DNA of 64,000 bases from Candidatus Gastranaerophilales bacterium (GCA_900769355.1 CAAGGG010000068.1:7478-71477); one strand, 5' to 3'. Shown: positions 28,902 to 39,880, numbered from the stretch's first letter. Translations and numbers: made by a program. Notes: generated from the letters alone by a model not told the origin.

Positions 28902-29792
28902 TTATTTTATCCTGATTTTTTCCAAAATCTGTTCGAAAACTTCTGATTTCAAATTGTTTTTAGCCAAAATTTCATAGCATTTATTGATTAAGTTATTCAA
29001 ATCCTTTTTAGCTTTTTCTAGCCCGTAAAGGCTTGTATAAGTAAGCTTTCCTTCTTCTTTGTCTTTGCCCATGGTTTTTCCCATTTCTTCAAAAGTTGAA
29101 GTTTCATCTAAAATATCATCGGCAATTTGAAAAGCTACTCCTAATATTTGACCGAATTTTGTAATATCTTCAATCTGTTTCTCTGTCGCATCGGCAATGA
29201 TTGCTCCTGTTCTCAAAGCAAGTTTAAACAAGTCTGCAGTCTTGTGGGTGTGGATATAATCCAAAATTTCAGGCAACTGTTCGTCGTCTTTTCCATATTC
29301 AAAAGCTTGCATTAATTTTTCGCTCTCAATATCGACAACTTGACCTGCAATTACACCATAAGCCCCAGCAGCCTGAAAATATTCTTCCATAATTTTAATT
29401 AATTTTTCAGCTCCGAGATTTTTTGAGTTTTTCAAAATTGTTTGTGGAGCAAAAGTCAAAAGAGCGTCCCCGGCAAGTACGGCGTGAGCTTCTCCAAAAA
29501 CCATGTGGTTTGTAAGTTGTCCGCGTCGGTACATGTCGTTATCCATACATGGTAAATCGTCGTGGATAAGTGTTTGTGAGTGTAGCATCTCGATTGCACA
29601 AGCTGTCGGAATTGCATCTTCAATATTTCCGCCAAACATTCTGCAAGTTTCAAGGCACATTACAGGGCGAAGCCTTTTCCCTGGGAGTGTAACAGTGTAT
29701 TTCATTGATTTAAAAATCTTTTGTGGATAACAAATTGGCATGAATTCGTCAATTTTTTTGTTTACAAGGTCTATATATTCGTTCATTTTCAT
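28902..29792 (-). CDS. Polyprenyl diphosphate synthase (GGPP/FPP synthase family)
   Basis: FARM motif LIHDDLPCMDNDMYRRG and SARM motif GVAFQIADDILD. Confidence 0.85.
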   Translation of the reverse strand: MKMNEYIDLVNKKIDEFMPICYPQKIFKSMKYTVTLPGKRLRPVMCLETCRMFGGNIEDAIPTACAIEMLHSQTLIHDDLPCMDNDMYRRGQLTNHMVFGEAHAVLAGDALLTFAPQTILKNSKNLGAEKLIKIMEEYFQAAGAYGVIAGQVVDIESEKLMQAFEYGKDDEQLPEILDYIHTHKTADLFKLALRTGAIIADATEKQIEDITKFGQILGVAFQIADDILDETSTFEEMGKTMGKDKEEGKLTYTSLYGLEKAKKDLNNLINKCYEILAKNNLKSEVFEQILEKIRIK

Positions 29793-29897
29793 TTTGTGTA
29801 CCTTTCTTTTTGGAGAGTAGTGAATAGTGAGTCGTGAGTGGTTCGTTTCAATAAAGTGGTAATTAAAGTATAATGACTACTCAGTATTCTCAATTCA

Positions 29898-30896
29898 CTA
29901 CTCACTAATACTATCAATCTCTTTGTAAATCTGTTGCTTTAGCGTATTTCTAGCACTTTGGCGTTTCTTTTCGCTAATTTTTGCAATTTGACGGTTGTGA
30001 ACAAGTTTTTTGGCGTGTTCTTGTTTTTTACCTTCATATTTGACTCGTTCTTTATATTCTTTCGCTTCGTCGACGAAGGTAAGGTAACTTTCATATCTCG
30101 TCGGGTCGATTTTTTCAATATTGCTCAAAACATTACAGCCGTCTTCGTTTATGTGTAGGCAGTCTGAGTATTTGCACTCATCTCTGAATTTTGCAATATC
30201 AGGGAAAAGTAAATCTACATCAGCAGGTAGTAAAAAGTCAAATCTTGCATTGCTAAATCCCGGTGTATCCACAATTCTGGAAGTATCATTTAGTTTGATG
30301 ATTTCGCAATGACGAGTTGTGTGAGTCCCTCGTTGAGTTTTTTCACTAACTTGTTTTGTGCGAAGGTTAAGATTTGGGTTGATAGCGTTTATAAGACTAG
30401 ATTTCCCAACTCCGGAATTTCCGCATAAAACGCTTGTTTTACCATCTAAAATTTTTTCGAAATTTTTAATTCCGTTATGCTCAGTTGCAGATGTGTAAGC
30501 GATTTTGTAGCCAAGGGGTTCATAGATTTTTTTTATCTTTTCCCTAAGATGTTTATCCCATTTTAAATCGTCTTTGTTAAAACATAAAACAGTTTCAATG
30601 TCGTAATATTTTGCAAGTGCAATATAGCGGTTGAGCTGGTGAAGGTCCAGTTCTGGCTCTTTCAGTGCAGAAACAATAATTATCTGGTCAATATTTGCGA
30701 CGCTAGGGCGTTTGATAAAGTTTTTGCGTTGTAAAATGTTTTTGATAACGCCATTTTCAAATTCTACGAAATCGCCTACAAGAATTCTTTCGCGCTGCTT
30801 TTTTAGAACTTCTCTGATTTTGCATTCGTGGTAAGAATTCCCGTCATCAACGTAGTAAAAATCTGAATGAATTTTATAAATCTGTCCTTCTGCCAT
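29898..30896 (-). CDS. rsgA: Ribosome small-subunit-dependent GTPase A
   Basis: Circularly permuted GTPase motifs (LCGNSGVGKSSLINA, DTPGF) and a C-terminal Zn knuckle CKYSDCLHINEDGC. Confidence 0.9.
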   Translation of the reverse strand: MAEGQIYKIHSDFYYVDDGNSYHECKIREVLKKQRERILVGDFVEFENGVIKNILQRKNFIKRPSVANIDQIIIVSALKEPELDLHQLNRYIALAKYYDIETVLCFNKDDLKWDKHLREKIKKIYEPLGYKIAYTSATEHNGIKNFEKILDGKTSVLCGNSGVGKSSLINAINPNLNLRTKQVSEKTQRGTHTTRHCEIIKLNDTSRIVDTPGFSNARFDFLLPADVDLLFPDIAKFRDECKYSDCLHINEDGCNVLSNIEKIDPTRYESYLTFVDEAKEYKERVKYEGKKQEHAKKLVHNRQIAKISEKKRQSARNTLKQQIYKEIDSISE

Positions 30897-31095
30897 AGAA
30901 GAATTTTAGCACAAAAAGGATAAATTAGTTTATGACTTATTTTCGTTCTTTACTGTTTCAGACGGCAAAATGTATAAGTTACAGCCGACCTGGTATTCGG
31001 TTGATAAAGGAGGCAAAACATCACAACAAATGTTTAGAGATATGTTCAAATAGCCGTGTACGCTTGCGATTGAATGCTCACAAACTCACCTGTTT

Positions 31096-32091
31096 TTATA
31101 CTCTAACCCCTGTTTCTTTGTCGAAATAGTAGATGTCGCTTGGGTTTATGCTTAATTCAAGTGTTTTTTCTAAGTTATAGTCTGCCGGAAGTTTTGCGGA
31201 GCATTTTTTATCGCCAATGTTGAAATATGCAATTTTTTCGCTTCCTAAAAGTTCTGTAATTTCCACATCAACAGTTAATTTTATATCTCCACCGCAAACC
31301 ATTTTTTCAGGACGAATTCCAAGAATTACATTGTCTTTTCCTTGGTTTGGGAAATCCTTGCTATCAATGAAATTCATCTGTGGAGATCCTACAAAACCGG
31401 CTACAAAAGTGTTTGACGGGTTATTATAAATTTCTTCTGGACTTGCACATTGCTGGATTTTACCCTTATCCAAAACAACGACTCTATCTCCCATTGTCAA
31501 AGCTTCTGTTTGATCATGAGTTACGTAAATGAATGTTGTTTGGAGCTTTTCATGTAATTTTTTGATTTCTGAACGCATTTGTACACGCAACTTTGCATCA
31601 AGGTTTGAAAGCGGTTCGTCCATCAAAAAAACTTTTGGATTTCTCACAATAGCACGACCAAGTGCCACGCGTTGTCTTTGTCCGCCTGATAATTGTTTCG
31701 GTTTTCTGTCCAAATATTCTCCTAAATCTAAGATTTCAGCAGCTTCTTGAACTTTTTTTTCAATAGTTGCCTTGTCTACCTTTCGCATTTTTAAACCAAA
31801 AGCAATATTTTCTCGAACTGTCATATGTGGGTATAGTGCATAACTTTGGAAAACAAAAGCGATATCACGATCTTTTGGGTGTACGTCATTTACTTTTTTG
31901 TCGCCGATATAAATTTCTCCGGAAGTAATATCTTCAAGCCCCGCAATCATTCTCAAAAGCGTCGATTTCCCACAGCCCGATGCTCCGACTAAAACGACAA
32001 ATTCTTTGTCATTAATCATCAAATCAATGTTATCTATAACTTTTTTTTTGTCATAAATTTTAGTGACATTTTTTAAAATTACGTTGCTCAT
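31096..32091 (-). CDS. Sugar ABC transporter ATP-binding protein (MalK/MsmX/UgpC family) with a C-terminal TOBE domain
   Basis: Walker A GASGCGKST, signature LSGGQRQRVALGRA, Walker B FLMDEPLSNLD. 331 aa. Confidence 0.85.
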   Translation of the reverse strand: MSNVILKNVTKIYDKKKVIDNIDLMINDKEFVVLVGASGCGKSTLLRMIAGLEDITSGEIYIGDKKVNDVHPKDRDIAFVFQSYALYPHMTVRENIAFGLKMRKVDKATIEKKVQEAAEILDLGEYLDRKPKQLSGGQRQRVALGRAIVRNPKVFLMDEPLSNLDAKLRVQMRSEIKKLHEKLQTTFIYVTHDQTEALTMGDRVVVLDKGKIQQCASPEEIYNNPSNTFVAGFVGSPQMNFIDSKDFPNQGKDNVILGIRPEKMVCGGDIKLTVDVEITELLGSEKIAYFNIGDKKCSAKLPADYNLEKTLELSINPSDIYYFDKETGVRV

Positions 32092-32114
32092 TTTATTCCT
32101 CTGTTTTTCAAAGT

Positions 32115-33233
32115 TTAGTTTGTTTTTTCTATTGGTAAAATTATCTCAAAAGTTGTGCCCTGCATAATGATTGATTGAATATTTATTGCTCCGCCCATTC
32201 GTTTTAGAATTGTGTTGGCTGTGCCAAGTGCGAAAGAGCGCAAAATAGTTTTCTTTCTACCTTGTTCAATTTGTGTGTAAGGTTCAAAAATTCCATTAAG
32301 TTCGCCTTCTGCAAGCCCCATTCCTGTGTCAGAAATAAGAATTCTTGCATAAGACTGTTTTGTTGCGTTTGGCGCAAGTTTTGCACCACTGCGTTCTACA
32401 ATATCAATTTCAGGATTGTCAATTTTTATTGTAATAAATCCTGCATCAGTAAGTTTTATTGAAGTTTCGAGCACATTTTGCAAGATTAATTTGATAACAT
32501 TTTCGTCGTTGTATATTGCCTGTTTGTTGAATTCATCGGCATCAATATTTAAGATCAAATTTTTTGCAGATAAAATATTTTCGTTATTTTTTACAACTGT
32601 TTGAATTGTGTTTAATAAGTCAAAAGGCTTGATTTCGTATTGGAAAAGAGAAGATTCTGCTTGTGAAAATTCCAAAAATTTATCCATAAAATGCAAAAGT
32701 TCAGCTGAATTTTTGTTAATAATTTTGATGTATTTTGTTTGTTTTTCAGAAAATTCACCACCCATGCCGTCCAGTAAAGCTTGTGAAAACCCTAAGATTG
32801 ACTGAATTGGGGATTTAAACTCATTTGAAAGCTTTACAAGCATAACGTTTTTTTCTTTGTTAAGTCGACCTGTTTTTTCAGCGATGGCTAAAACATTTGT
32901 CATGGCGGTAACGTCGCGAACTGTTATGAAATATTGCTCAATGTATCTTTTGGCGTTTAATTCGACGTAAATCTCTTTGCCATCGGCTGTATAGGCTCCT
33001 GTTACGATTGCGGTCTTTTTAGAATACGATTTTTCGGCAGTTGTCACTCCGTTTACTATGAATTCATCAAGATAATGTCCTTTGATATTGTCGATTTTAG
33101 CTTCAAAAATAACAGACGCCTTGTCATTTACCCAGACGGTTCTCCCATCTAAGTCGGTTACGAACACAGCATCAGGAAGATGTTTGATGACTTCTCGAGA
33201 GTTTATATTACTAAAAAAATTAGCAAAATTCAT
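32115..33233 (-). CDS. Sensor histidine kinase (PAS + HisKA + HATPase_c), orphan
   Basis: H-box region EFKSPIQSILGFSQAL; G-box DTGMGL...GTGLGL-like ISDTGMGLAEGE; GTANTILKRMGG. No adjacent response regulator. Confidence 0.75.
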   Translation of the reverse strand: MNFANFFSNINSREVIKHLPDAVFVTDLDGRTVWVNDKASVIFEAKIDNIKGHYLDEFIVNGVTTAEKSYSKKTAIVTGAYTADGKEIYVELNAKRYIEQYFITVRDVTAMTNVLAIAEKTGRLNKEKNVMLVKLSNEFKSPIQSILGFSQALLDGMGGEFSEKQTKYIKIINKNSAELLHFMDKFLEFSQAESSLFQYEIKPFDLLNTIQTVVKNNENILSAKNLILNIDADEFNKQAIYNDENVIKLILQNVLETSIKLTDAGFITIKIDNPEIDIVERSGAKLAPNATKQSYARILISDTGMGLAEGELNGIFEPYTQIEQGRKKTILRSFALGTANTILKRMGGAINIQSIIMQGTTFEIILPIEKTN

Positions 33234-33459
33234 GGTTGCAATACTTTCTTTTATGTTGTATAGTTTATATAAGTTTTATATACTATACCTGTTCCGTACT
33301 TTTAATATAGCATAAATTGGTTTGTTTTAGAAGATTATTAATTTTTGTAATTTTTTTATTTCAAACTAGCAAAAAAATTTTTGTTTGTGTTTTAAAGCAA
33401 CAAACGAGATATAGAGTATGTAAAATTGCACAATCGCAATCCCGAGAAAGAAAGAGGAA

Positions 33460-33810
33460 ATGACTATGAACGAAATTCCTAAAAATACACAAGGTCCTAG
33501 CATTCCACAACAACCTATCAAAGTTGAACAAGTTAAAACAGATGCTGTAGAGGCAAATGCTCAGAGTTCTTCCGATGTACAGCCAAAAGAAATTAAGGAG
33601 ATTCCTGAAAATCCCGCAGATCGTTCAACTATCAAGGTTGATAATTTAGAAAATGATTTGAAAATTTTTGCAGCAAATCCTGAATTGGCTCAAAAAGCCT
33701 TGGAAGTTGCCGAAGTCGCAGAAAAACGTTATGCTGAAGCAGGTATTGAGCAACCGGAATTGAAAGCTCTTGCGGTTGGCAAAGCATTTGTTGATGAGTT
33801 TCAAAAATAG
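33460..33810 (+). CDS. Acidic hypothetical protein (116 aa)
   Basis: ORF with upstream SD GAAAGAGG and no recognised motif. Confidence 0.4.
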   Translation: MTMNEIPKNTQGPSIPQQPIKVEQVKTDAVEANAQSSSDVQPKEIKEIPENPADRSTIKVDNLENDLKIFAANPELAQKALEVAEVAEKRYAEAGIEQPELKALAVGKAFVDEFQK

Positions 33811-34324
33811 AGTTTATTATATATAAATTGTTTGGTGCAGTTTTGTACTCAATTGTAGATTGAGCATACTTGCACAACATTGTAAATGTGCAAGTAAATT
33901 AGGTTTTGAATAGCAAGAAAATTTATTCTTCGCTAAATGCAGATACTTTTTACCAATATATTGTTACTATTTTGCTTACAAGTTATTAGTAAATAGAGCG
34001 TGTGGCTGGTTTTGTGGAACTTTTTCCATAGAAAGTTCCTGCTGTCCGCGCAGGACATTATAATTAATAAAGAATAGAGTTTTTATGTAAACTTATGTAA
34101 CAAAAGTATAATGTTTATGCAATTTTTATATACAGAAATACTTTATATATATGTAAGACATAAATAACAAATTGCAAAAGCAATAATTAATAAATTTCTA
34201 CACTACCTACTACACACTTTCTACCTACCTTTTACACGAGAATCATTAAAGATTTCGGCCTTCTAAATTCATTTAGAAGGTTTTATTTTTGTGTAATGAA
34301 AATATATACAATTTTTTATGCTAT

Positions 34325-34400
34325 TTACCCACTCTCTTTCTCTCCCTAATTGAGGGAGAGAAGCTTTGCCTTGCAACTGGTCCCGTTTATAATTCTGTAA
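34325..34400. repeat. Copy of the hairpin repeat shared with the interior of the 20704-20960 element
   Basis: Sequence ttacccactctctttctctccctaattgagggagagaagctttgccttgcaactggtcccgtttataat, compared with 20754-20830. Confidence 0.7.
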
Positions 34401-34404
34401 ACAT

Positions 34405-35454
34405 TTACTGAATATCCGCTGATAAGCAGTTTTTCTCGTAGTGCAAGCTTTCGGTGAACTTGTTAATTCTTCCCATAACCTCTTTGAACATAGGTAATGG
34501 AAGACTTTGTTTTCCGTCAGACAATGCATTTTCAGGATCATGGTGAATTTCCATCATAACACCATCTGCACCAACAACAAGTCCTGCTTTTGCCATAGGT
34601 TCAATCAAATATCTTTGTCCTGTTCCGTGGCTAGGGTCAACGATTATAGGTAAGTGGGAGTATTTTTTTATAACAGGAATTGACGCAATATCCATAACGT
34701 TACGGGTGAATGCGCTGTCAAAACTTCTAATTCCGCGTTCACACAAGATTACGTTTGGATTTCCGTTGTACAAAATGTGCTCTGCCGCAAGTAAAAATTC
34801 TCTGATAGTGCTTGCTAAGCCTCGTTTCAAAATTACAGGTTTTTTGCATTTGCCAACTGCATGAAGTAATTTAAAGTTTTGAGTGTTTCTGGCACCAATC
34901 TGTAAAACGTCTACGTATTCGCACATCATGTCTAAATCTGCTGCGTCCATAACCTCTGAAACGGTTAACAAACCTGTCTCTTCGCTTGCTCGTTTCAAAT
35001 ATTTCAATGCTTTTTCACCATAACCCTGAAAGTCATAAGGTGAAGTTCTCGGTTTGAAAGCACCGCCACGAAGAAATTCACAACCCATTTCTTTTGCCGC
35101 AAATGCAACTTTTTGTAATCCTTCATAATCTTCTTCAACAGAACAAGGACCAACCATCATAACAGGTTTGTTGTTGCCGCCGATTTTAACGCCGTTCGGA
35201 AACTCAATAACTGTGTCATCGGGTTTTCTGTCTCGAGATGCTAAACGGAAAGGTTCTCTGATAATTTTGACTTCCTTAACTCCGTCAAATGCTGAAACAC
35301 GCCCAGGAGTAACTGTTGTTTTGTCGCCGATTGCATCAATTACAGTGTGAACTTGTCCTTGATTAAATCTTATGTCAAAGCCGTTGTCTTTCAAAAAATC
35401 AATAACTCTTTGGACTTGAACTTTGGTAGCATTGCGCTCCATAATTATAATCAT
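34405..35454 (-). CDS. 3-deoxy-7-phosphoheptulonate (DAHP) synthase, type I-beta with an N-terminal ACT-like regulatory domain
   Basis: KDSA/DAHPS-like core: GPCSVE, KPRTSPY, the GARNTQNF motif and LPIIVDPSH. Confidence 0.8.
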   Translation of the reverse strand: MIIIMERNATKVQVQRVIDFLKDNGFDIRFNQGQVHTVIDAIGDKTTVTPGRVSAFDGVKEVKIIREPFRLASRDRKPDDTVIEFPNGVKIGGNNKPVMMVGPCSVEEDYEGLQKVAFAAKEMGCEFLRGGAFKPRTSPYDFQGYGEKALKYLKRASEETGLLTVSEVMDAADLDMMCEYVDVLQIGARNTQNFKLLHAVGKCKKPVILKRGLASTIREFLLAAEHILYNGNPNVILCERGIRSFDSAFTRNVMDIASIPVIKKYSHLPIIVDPSHGTGQRYLIEPMAKAGLVVGADGVMMEIHHDPENALSDGKQSLPLPMFKEVMGRINKFTESLHYEKNCLSADIQ

Positions 35455-35514
35455 AAAAATTTTCTCCTATTTAAAGTATTTTGTAAAAATAAGTGTATCA
35501 CGAACAATTAAACT

Positions 35515-36123
35515 CTACAAATTATTTTTTATTTCAATTATATTTTTTAATAGATTTTCGGTAGGGTAATATTCGGGTAATATCCGTAAACCGTTCTCCA
35601 AGGCTTTTTGCGCCTCATCAAGTTTGCCTTGGCTAAAATAGATGTAGCCAAGTAAATAGTGAAGTTCCGGATCGTGATAAAAATAACTTTTTGCTCTGTT
35701 CAAGAAGAATAGTCCTTGCTCAACAAGTCCGTTATTGTACAAAACTCGTCCGATAAATTTGTGTACTTCAGGATTAATGGTGTACATATAGTCTGCATAT
35801 CGAATAATTTTTTCGACATAATCGCCCTTGTAGTAGGTTATTAGAATGTTCAAATCAATTTCCAGAAAGTTTCTCAGCTCAAAATATGACGGATATTCTT
35901 GCGCTTCGCCTTCTATTAAAGAAATCATAAAAAGAGCCCAATGCGCACGAATATCATTGTTTTCAATTGCAGAAAACAGTTTTTTAGCCCCTTCTACGTC
36001 TTCACAAAGCAATCTTGCGTATGCTAATTCCAGCATGTTACCGTTTTTGACGAAAAATTGCTGACAGTCGTCAATTTTTCCTGTCAACAATTCTTCTTTT
36101 GCTTTTTGATAATTTAAAACCAT
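35515..36123 (-). CDS. TPR-repeat protein
   Basis: Several 34-aa TPR-like repeats (YLLGYIYFSQGKLDEAQKALENGL). Confidence 0.6.
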   Translation of the reverse strand: MVLNYQKAKEELLTGKIDDCQQFFVKNGNMLELAYARLLCEDVEGAKKLFSAIENNDIRAHWALFMISLIEGEAQEYPSYFELRNFLEIDLNILITYYKGDYVEKIIRYADYMYTINPEVHKFIGRVLYNNGLVEQGLFFLNRAKSYFYHDPELHYLLGYIYFSQGKLDEAQKALENGLRILPEYYPTENLLKNIIEIKNNL

Positions 36124-36131
36124 AAATTCTA

Positions 36132-37124
36132 TTAATAATTATTATTGTTGTTACTATTTGCGAAACTAAAATCTGACATCATTGAATTCATCATAACAGC
36201 TTGCATAAGCCTTGGGTCAACGTTTTCACCTTTCTGAGCCTGTGTCATTAACATCGGTAAAACTGTATTCATCATGTTGTTATTATTGTTATTGTTGCCA
36301 CCCAAAAGCATACTCATTTCAGTCATTCTCGGATCTTGATATTGTGACATTTGCGCATAAGGATTTGAGTTTTCAGTTTGAACAGAAACATTTAGTCCGG
36401 CTTCTTTCAATGTATTAACAGCTTTCAAAACTTCTTCATCAGAAACCTGTGCGATTTTAATTGTTTCTTCTGCTTCTGATTTGCTGTTGTCAAACTTCTT
36501 AATTCTTTGGATATCTTTGTTTTCAAGGTTGTCTTTTTGGTTAATTGTTTCTTTGATATTTGTGAGTTGTTTTTGGCGAATTTCATTATTCAACTCTGGA
36601 GAAAGTCCGTTGCCATAAGGTGCTTTGATGAATTTATCCAAATCATCAAGTTGTTCTTCTTGTTTAGTGGCTTGTGCTTCTGGGTGACAAGCCGGTCCAT
36701 CGGTCAAGCAATCACGTCCTTTTGTTGCATAGTTTACTAAATATTGGTTTGGATTAAGTGCGATAACCTTGTTATAAGCAGCAACTGCTTCCTCTTTTTT
36801 GCCCAAATGAGTGTTTACCAAAGCTAAATAGTAGTAGGCAACAGCGTTAGAAGGTTGTTTTTTTAATAATGAATAAATTTCTTGCATGCAGCCAGAATAG
36901 TTGCCCATCTTGTATTTTGCGGCAATACTTTTTGTTGTAGCGTTCGGGTAATAAGCTCGTTGTGAATTGAAATCGATTGTTTTTGTGGTGGTGGAAGTAG
37001 AACTTGAAGAAGCAGAACTACCAGAACCGTTCAATGGTGGTAAGTTTTCAACACCTGCTGAGAATACGCTCATTGAGCCGAAAGTCAATAATAATCCAAT
37101 TGCTAACAAAACTTTTTTATTCAT
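36132..37124 (-). CDS. TPR-repeat secreted protein with Asn-rich low-complexity ends
   Basis: Signal peptide and TPR-like segments (AYYYLALVNTHLGKKEEAVAAYNKVIALNP). N-terminal and C-terminal poly-N runs. Confidence 0.6.
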   Translation of the reverse strand: MNKKVLLAIGLLLTFGSMSVFSAGVENLPPLNGSGSSASSSSTSTTTKTIDFNSQRAYYPNATTKSIAAKYKMGNYSGCMQEIYSLLKKQPSNAVAYYYLALVNTHLGKKEEAVAAYNKVIALNPNQYLVNYATKGRDCLTDGPACHPEAQATKQEEQLDDLDKFIKAPYGNGLSPELNNEIRQKQLTNIKETINQKDNLENKDIQRIKKFDNSKSEAEETIKIAQVSDEEVLKAVNTLKEAGLNVSVQTENSNPYAQMSQYQDPRMTEMSMLLGGNNNNNNNMMNTVLPMLMTQAQKGENVDPRLMQAVMMNSMMSDFSFANSNNNNNY

Positions 37125-37230
37125 TTTTATATCCTTTTTCTCTTCTTTTAATTATTTTTTTGTTTAAATCAAACTTTTTCACATCTATTATATTATACTT
37201 TCCCAAATATTCATAATATAAACAGATGAT

Positions 37231-37776
37231 TTATCGTAAGCTAAATTTGCAGCCGCAGTAATTTTGTCTGTATAAGCCTAATTCTTTGGAAATTTTGTTT
37301 GTTTTTAAAAATCCGTCTTTCTTTTTAAAATCTATTGCAAGGAATTCCAAATTATTTTCTTGGGCAATTTGTTGACCTATTTCTGAAAGTTTTTGAAAGT
37401 TTTTGTGAGGGCTAATTACAATTGAGGTGGTAAAAGTTTTTATTCCTCGAGATTTTGTAAATTCTGCCGTCTTTTTTAGGCGAAGTTCAAAACATTTGTC
37501 GCATCTTTTTCCACGTTCTGGCTCAAGTTCTAAGCCGTTTGCGACTTTGTAAAACTCTTCGGGATTATATTCCGCTTCAACCAACTCGCAGCCAAAATGA
37601 GCGCATAGTGTGCGTTCTGCATCAAGCCGTTTTTGGTATTCTTCTGCGGGATAAATATTAGGGTTGTAAAAATACACAACAACTTGATATCCTGCATCTA
37701 TCAAGCTAGACACAGGATATCCGGAACAAATTCCGCAACAGGCGTGAAGAACTATTTTATTTTTCTTCTGCTCCAT
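37231..37776 (-). CDS. queH: Epoxyqueuosine reductase QueH (DUF208)
   Basis: Motifs LHACCGICSGY, CDKCFELR and NYCGCKFS. Confidence 0.8.
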   Translation of the reverse strand: MEQKKNKIVLHACCGICSGYPVSSLIDAGYQVVVYFYNPNIYPAEEYQKRLDAERTLCAHFGCELVEAEYNPEEFYKVANGLELEPERGKRCDKCFELRLKKTAEFTKSRGIKTFTTSIVISPHKNFQKLSEIGQQIAQENNLEFLAIDFKKKDGFLKTNKISKELGLYRQNYCGCKFSLR

Positions 37777-38950
37777 ACTTTTTCACCCATTCTTTAAATT
37801 CCTTGTATGTTTTCACTCCAACGTAAGCCTCGTTGTTAATCATAGTTGTTGGAGTTCCGTTTATGCCTTTGTGAGCGGCAAAATCAATATCTGCTTTAAT
37901 TTTTTCAAAAGTTTCAGTACTGTTTGCGTCTTCTTGAAGTTTTTGAGTGTCAAATTTTGCTTTTTTTGCTAATTTTAAAATTGCTTCTTCTGTTTGCGGT
38001 TTGTTTTCAAACAAAATCTCATTCATTTCCCATAGACGTCCTTGTTTTTCTGCAGCAACAGAATATCTCGCATCTACGCAAGAGCCAACGTGGAATGGAG
38101 CTTGTAAGTAAGGATTACATTCTGTATCCAACGGATAATTCCTGTGAACGATTTTGACATTTTTCATTTCTTTTGCAAGTTTATGCATCATAACGTTGTG
38201 CACAGGGCAAATCGGACATTGATAGTCTGAATATACGTTTACAACAACTTTTGCATTCTCATCACCCAAAAGATTTCCCTTTACGGCATATTGATTTTTC
38301 TTATGTCTGAATTCTTTGAATTCCATTTGTCGTTTAACCTGCGGAGCGAACTTAAACGTAACTCTTGTGTATGTTAAAAAACCGACAGCAACTGCCATTA
38401 CAGCGATAAATGCGATTAAATATTTTTTGATTTTGATTGCATCTAAAAAGTCTTGAACACTTTGTTTAATAGAATGAACAAAGCCGCCGTTTTGGAAATC
38501 CGTTGCAACACAACCGATTGCGAGGTTCAAGATGTATGTGAAAGCGCACAAAATACATAGCTTTTTAATGTCAAATAGACTTAAACATAACAAAATCATA
38601 GAAACAATGAATGCAAATAAGCCTAATGATGCGATGTAATCAAGTGGATTTTTGAAAACTTCCATAAACTTAAATAGTTTTATGTTTTTTAATTTGTCAG
38701 CAAAAAGCATTACAAAAACAAATGCATAGTAGAACATTCCCCAATATGCCAGTGGAATTCCTAAAAATTGGGATTCTGTGGTTCTTGCAATCCCGTCACA
38801 GTCAATAAATTCATTTATTGAACAAAAACTCGGGAGCGCAAACTGATCAAAATTCGCGCTATAATAAATTATAGCAAGTTTAATTGTTGTAATTATGCCG
38901 ACAAGTGCTATTGCCGCGATTGAAATCTTTTTCTTCATTGCCTTTTCCAT
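37757..38950 (-). CDS. VKOR (vitamin K epoxide reductase)-family membrane protein fused to a DsbA/thioredoxin-like domain
   Basis: N-terminal multi-TM region with a loop Cys pair (CSINEFIDCDG) and TM CxxC (LCILCAF). C-terminal YSDYQCPICP thioredoxin-fold motif. Confidence 0.7.
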   Translation of the reverse strand: MEKAMKKKISIAAIALVGIITTIKLAIIYYSANFDQFALPSFCSINEFIDCDGIARTTESQFLGIPLAYWGMFYYAFVFVMLFADKLKNIKLFKFMEVFKNPLDYIASLGLFAFIVSMILLCLSLFDIKKLCILCAFTYILNLAIGCVATDFQNGGFVHSIKQSVQDFLDAIKIKKYLIAFIAVMAVAVGFLTYTRVTFKFAPQVKRQMEFKEFRHKKNQYAVKGNLLGDENAKVVVNVYSDYQCPICPVHNVMMHKLAKEMKNVKIVHRNYPLDTECNPYLQAPFHVGSCVDARYSVAAEKQGRLWEMNEILFENKPQTEEAILKLAKKAKFDTQKLQEDANSTETFEKIKADIDFAAHKGINGTPTTMINNEAYVGVKTYKEFKEWVKKYGAEEK

Positions 38951-39127
38951 AAATAAAGTTCTCCTATCAATAACGTTATGATACAATTTTTACAAAAATA
39001 AATCAATACCGCAAGGAAGAATATTTTAATCCTCTATTTGGGTAATTTTTGTGTTTAATTCAGGTACTTGAATAAATATTAATAATATGTTATAATTAGG
39101 ACACGTAGTATTTTTCGAGAGGTTGAT

Positions 39128-39880
39128 TTGAAAAAAAATATTTTTGAGATGTTTCTAAACAGAGTTTTGAATGTCCCATTGTGGATTAAGCAAGTTATGT
39201 ATCTTAAGCTTGCAGAAGAGATGCGGGAAAAATCTTGCGAAGACTTTTTGCGAGAACATAAAGACGATATTTTTTCAACTTTTGTTCCGACGTTGACTTT
39301 CAAAGGAAAAACGGAGTTAGCAGAGCATCGCTATGGACTGGATACAAATATTTATAATTTCCTTCAAGGTTGTGCAAACGGATATTGTATGATTGAAATT
39401 TCTGTCAACACATTCCTTTCTATGGAAGAAGTTGCAAAATATTATGAACTTTGTTTGGAACAAAATTTTGTTAAAAATCCAGAGTCGAAAGAAATTCATG
39501 CAATGGCAGGCTATATTGCCGGAAAATTTAGGATTGGCGAGTATTTTAAACAAAAAGAAGATATCACGGTTGATGATTTGCAACAGGCTATTTTGGCGTA
39601 TCGAAATGCTAAAGATGCAGGTCAAGAGAAGAGTTTTGGGGAAATATTGATTGATTTAAAATTTGTAACCGAAAAACAATTGAAGTCGGTTCTTGCATTG
39701 AAAGAAGAAGCAAAAAAACGTTTTATTCTTGATTATACATCTGTTCCTCAACCGTCAACAACATATTCAAATGATACTCAAAAACTTGAAGATGAAGTTG
39801 CAAAACTAAAAGACGAAAATATTAAATTGAAGAGAAAAATGCTTCAATTACTGGAATTGGTAAAGAAAAATGGTCAATAA
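39128..39880 (+). CDS. Hypothetical protein with a C-terminal coiled coil and a possible T2SSE_N/MshEN-like motif
   Basis: FGEILIDLKFVTEKQLKSVLALKEE resembles the GspE N-terminal repeat. This is weak. Confidence 0.4.
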   Translation: MKKNIFEMFLNRVLNVPLWIKQVMYLKLAEEMREKSCEDFLREHKDDIFSTFVPTLTFKGKTELAEHRYGLDTNIYNFLQGCANGYCMIEISVNTFLSMEEVAKYYELCLEQNFVKNPESKEIHAMAGYIAGKFRIGEYFKQKEDITVDDLQQAILAYRNAKDAGQEKSFGEILIDLKFVTEKQLKSVLALKEEAKKRFILDYTSVPQPSTTYSNDTQKLEDEVAKLKDENIKLKRKMLQLLELVKKNGQ

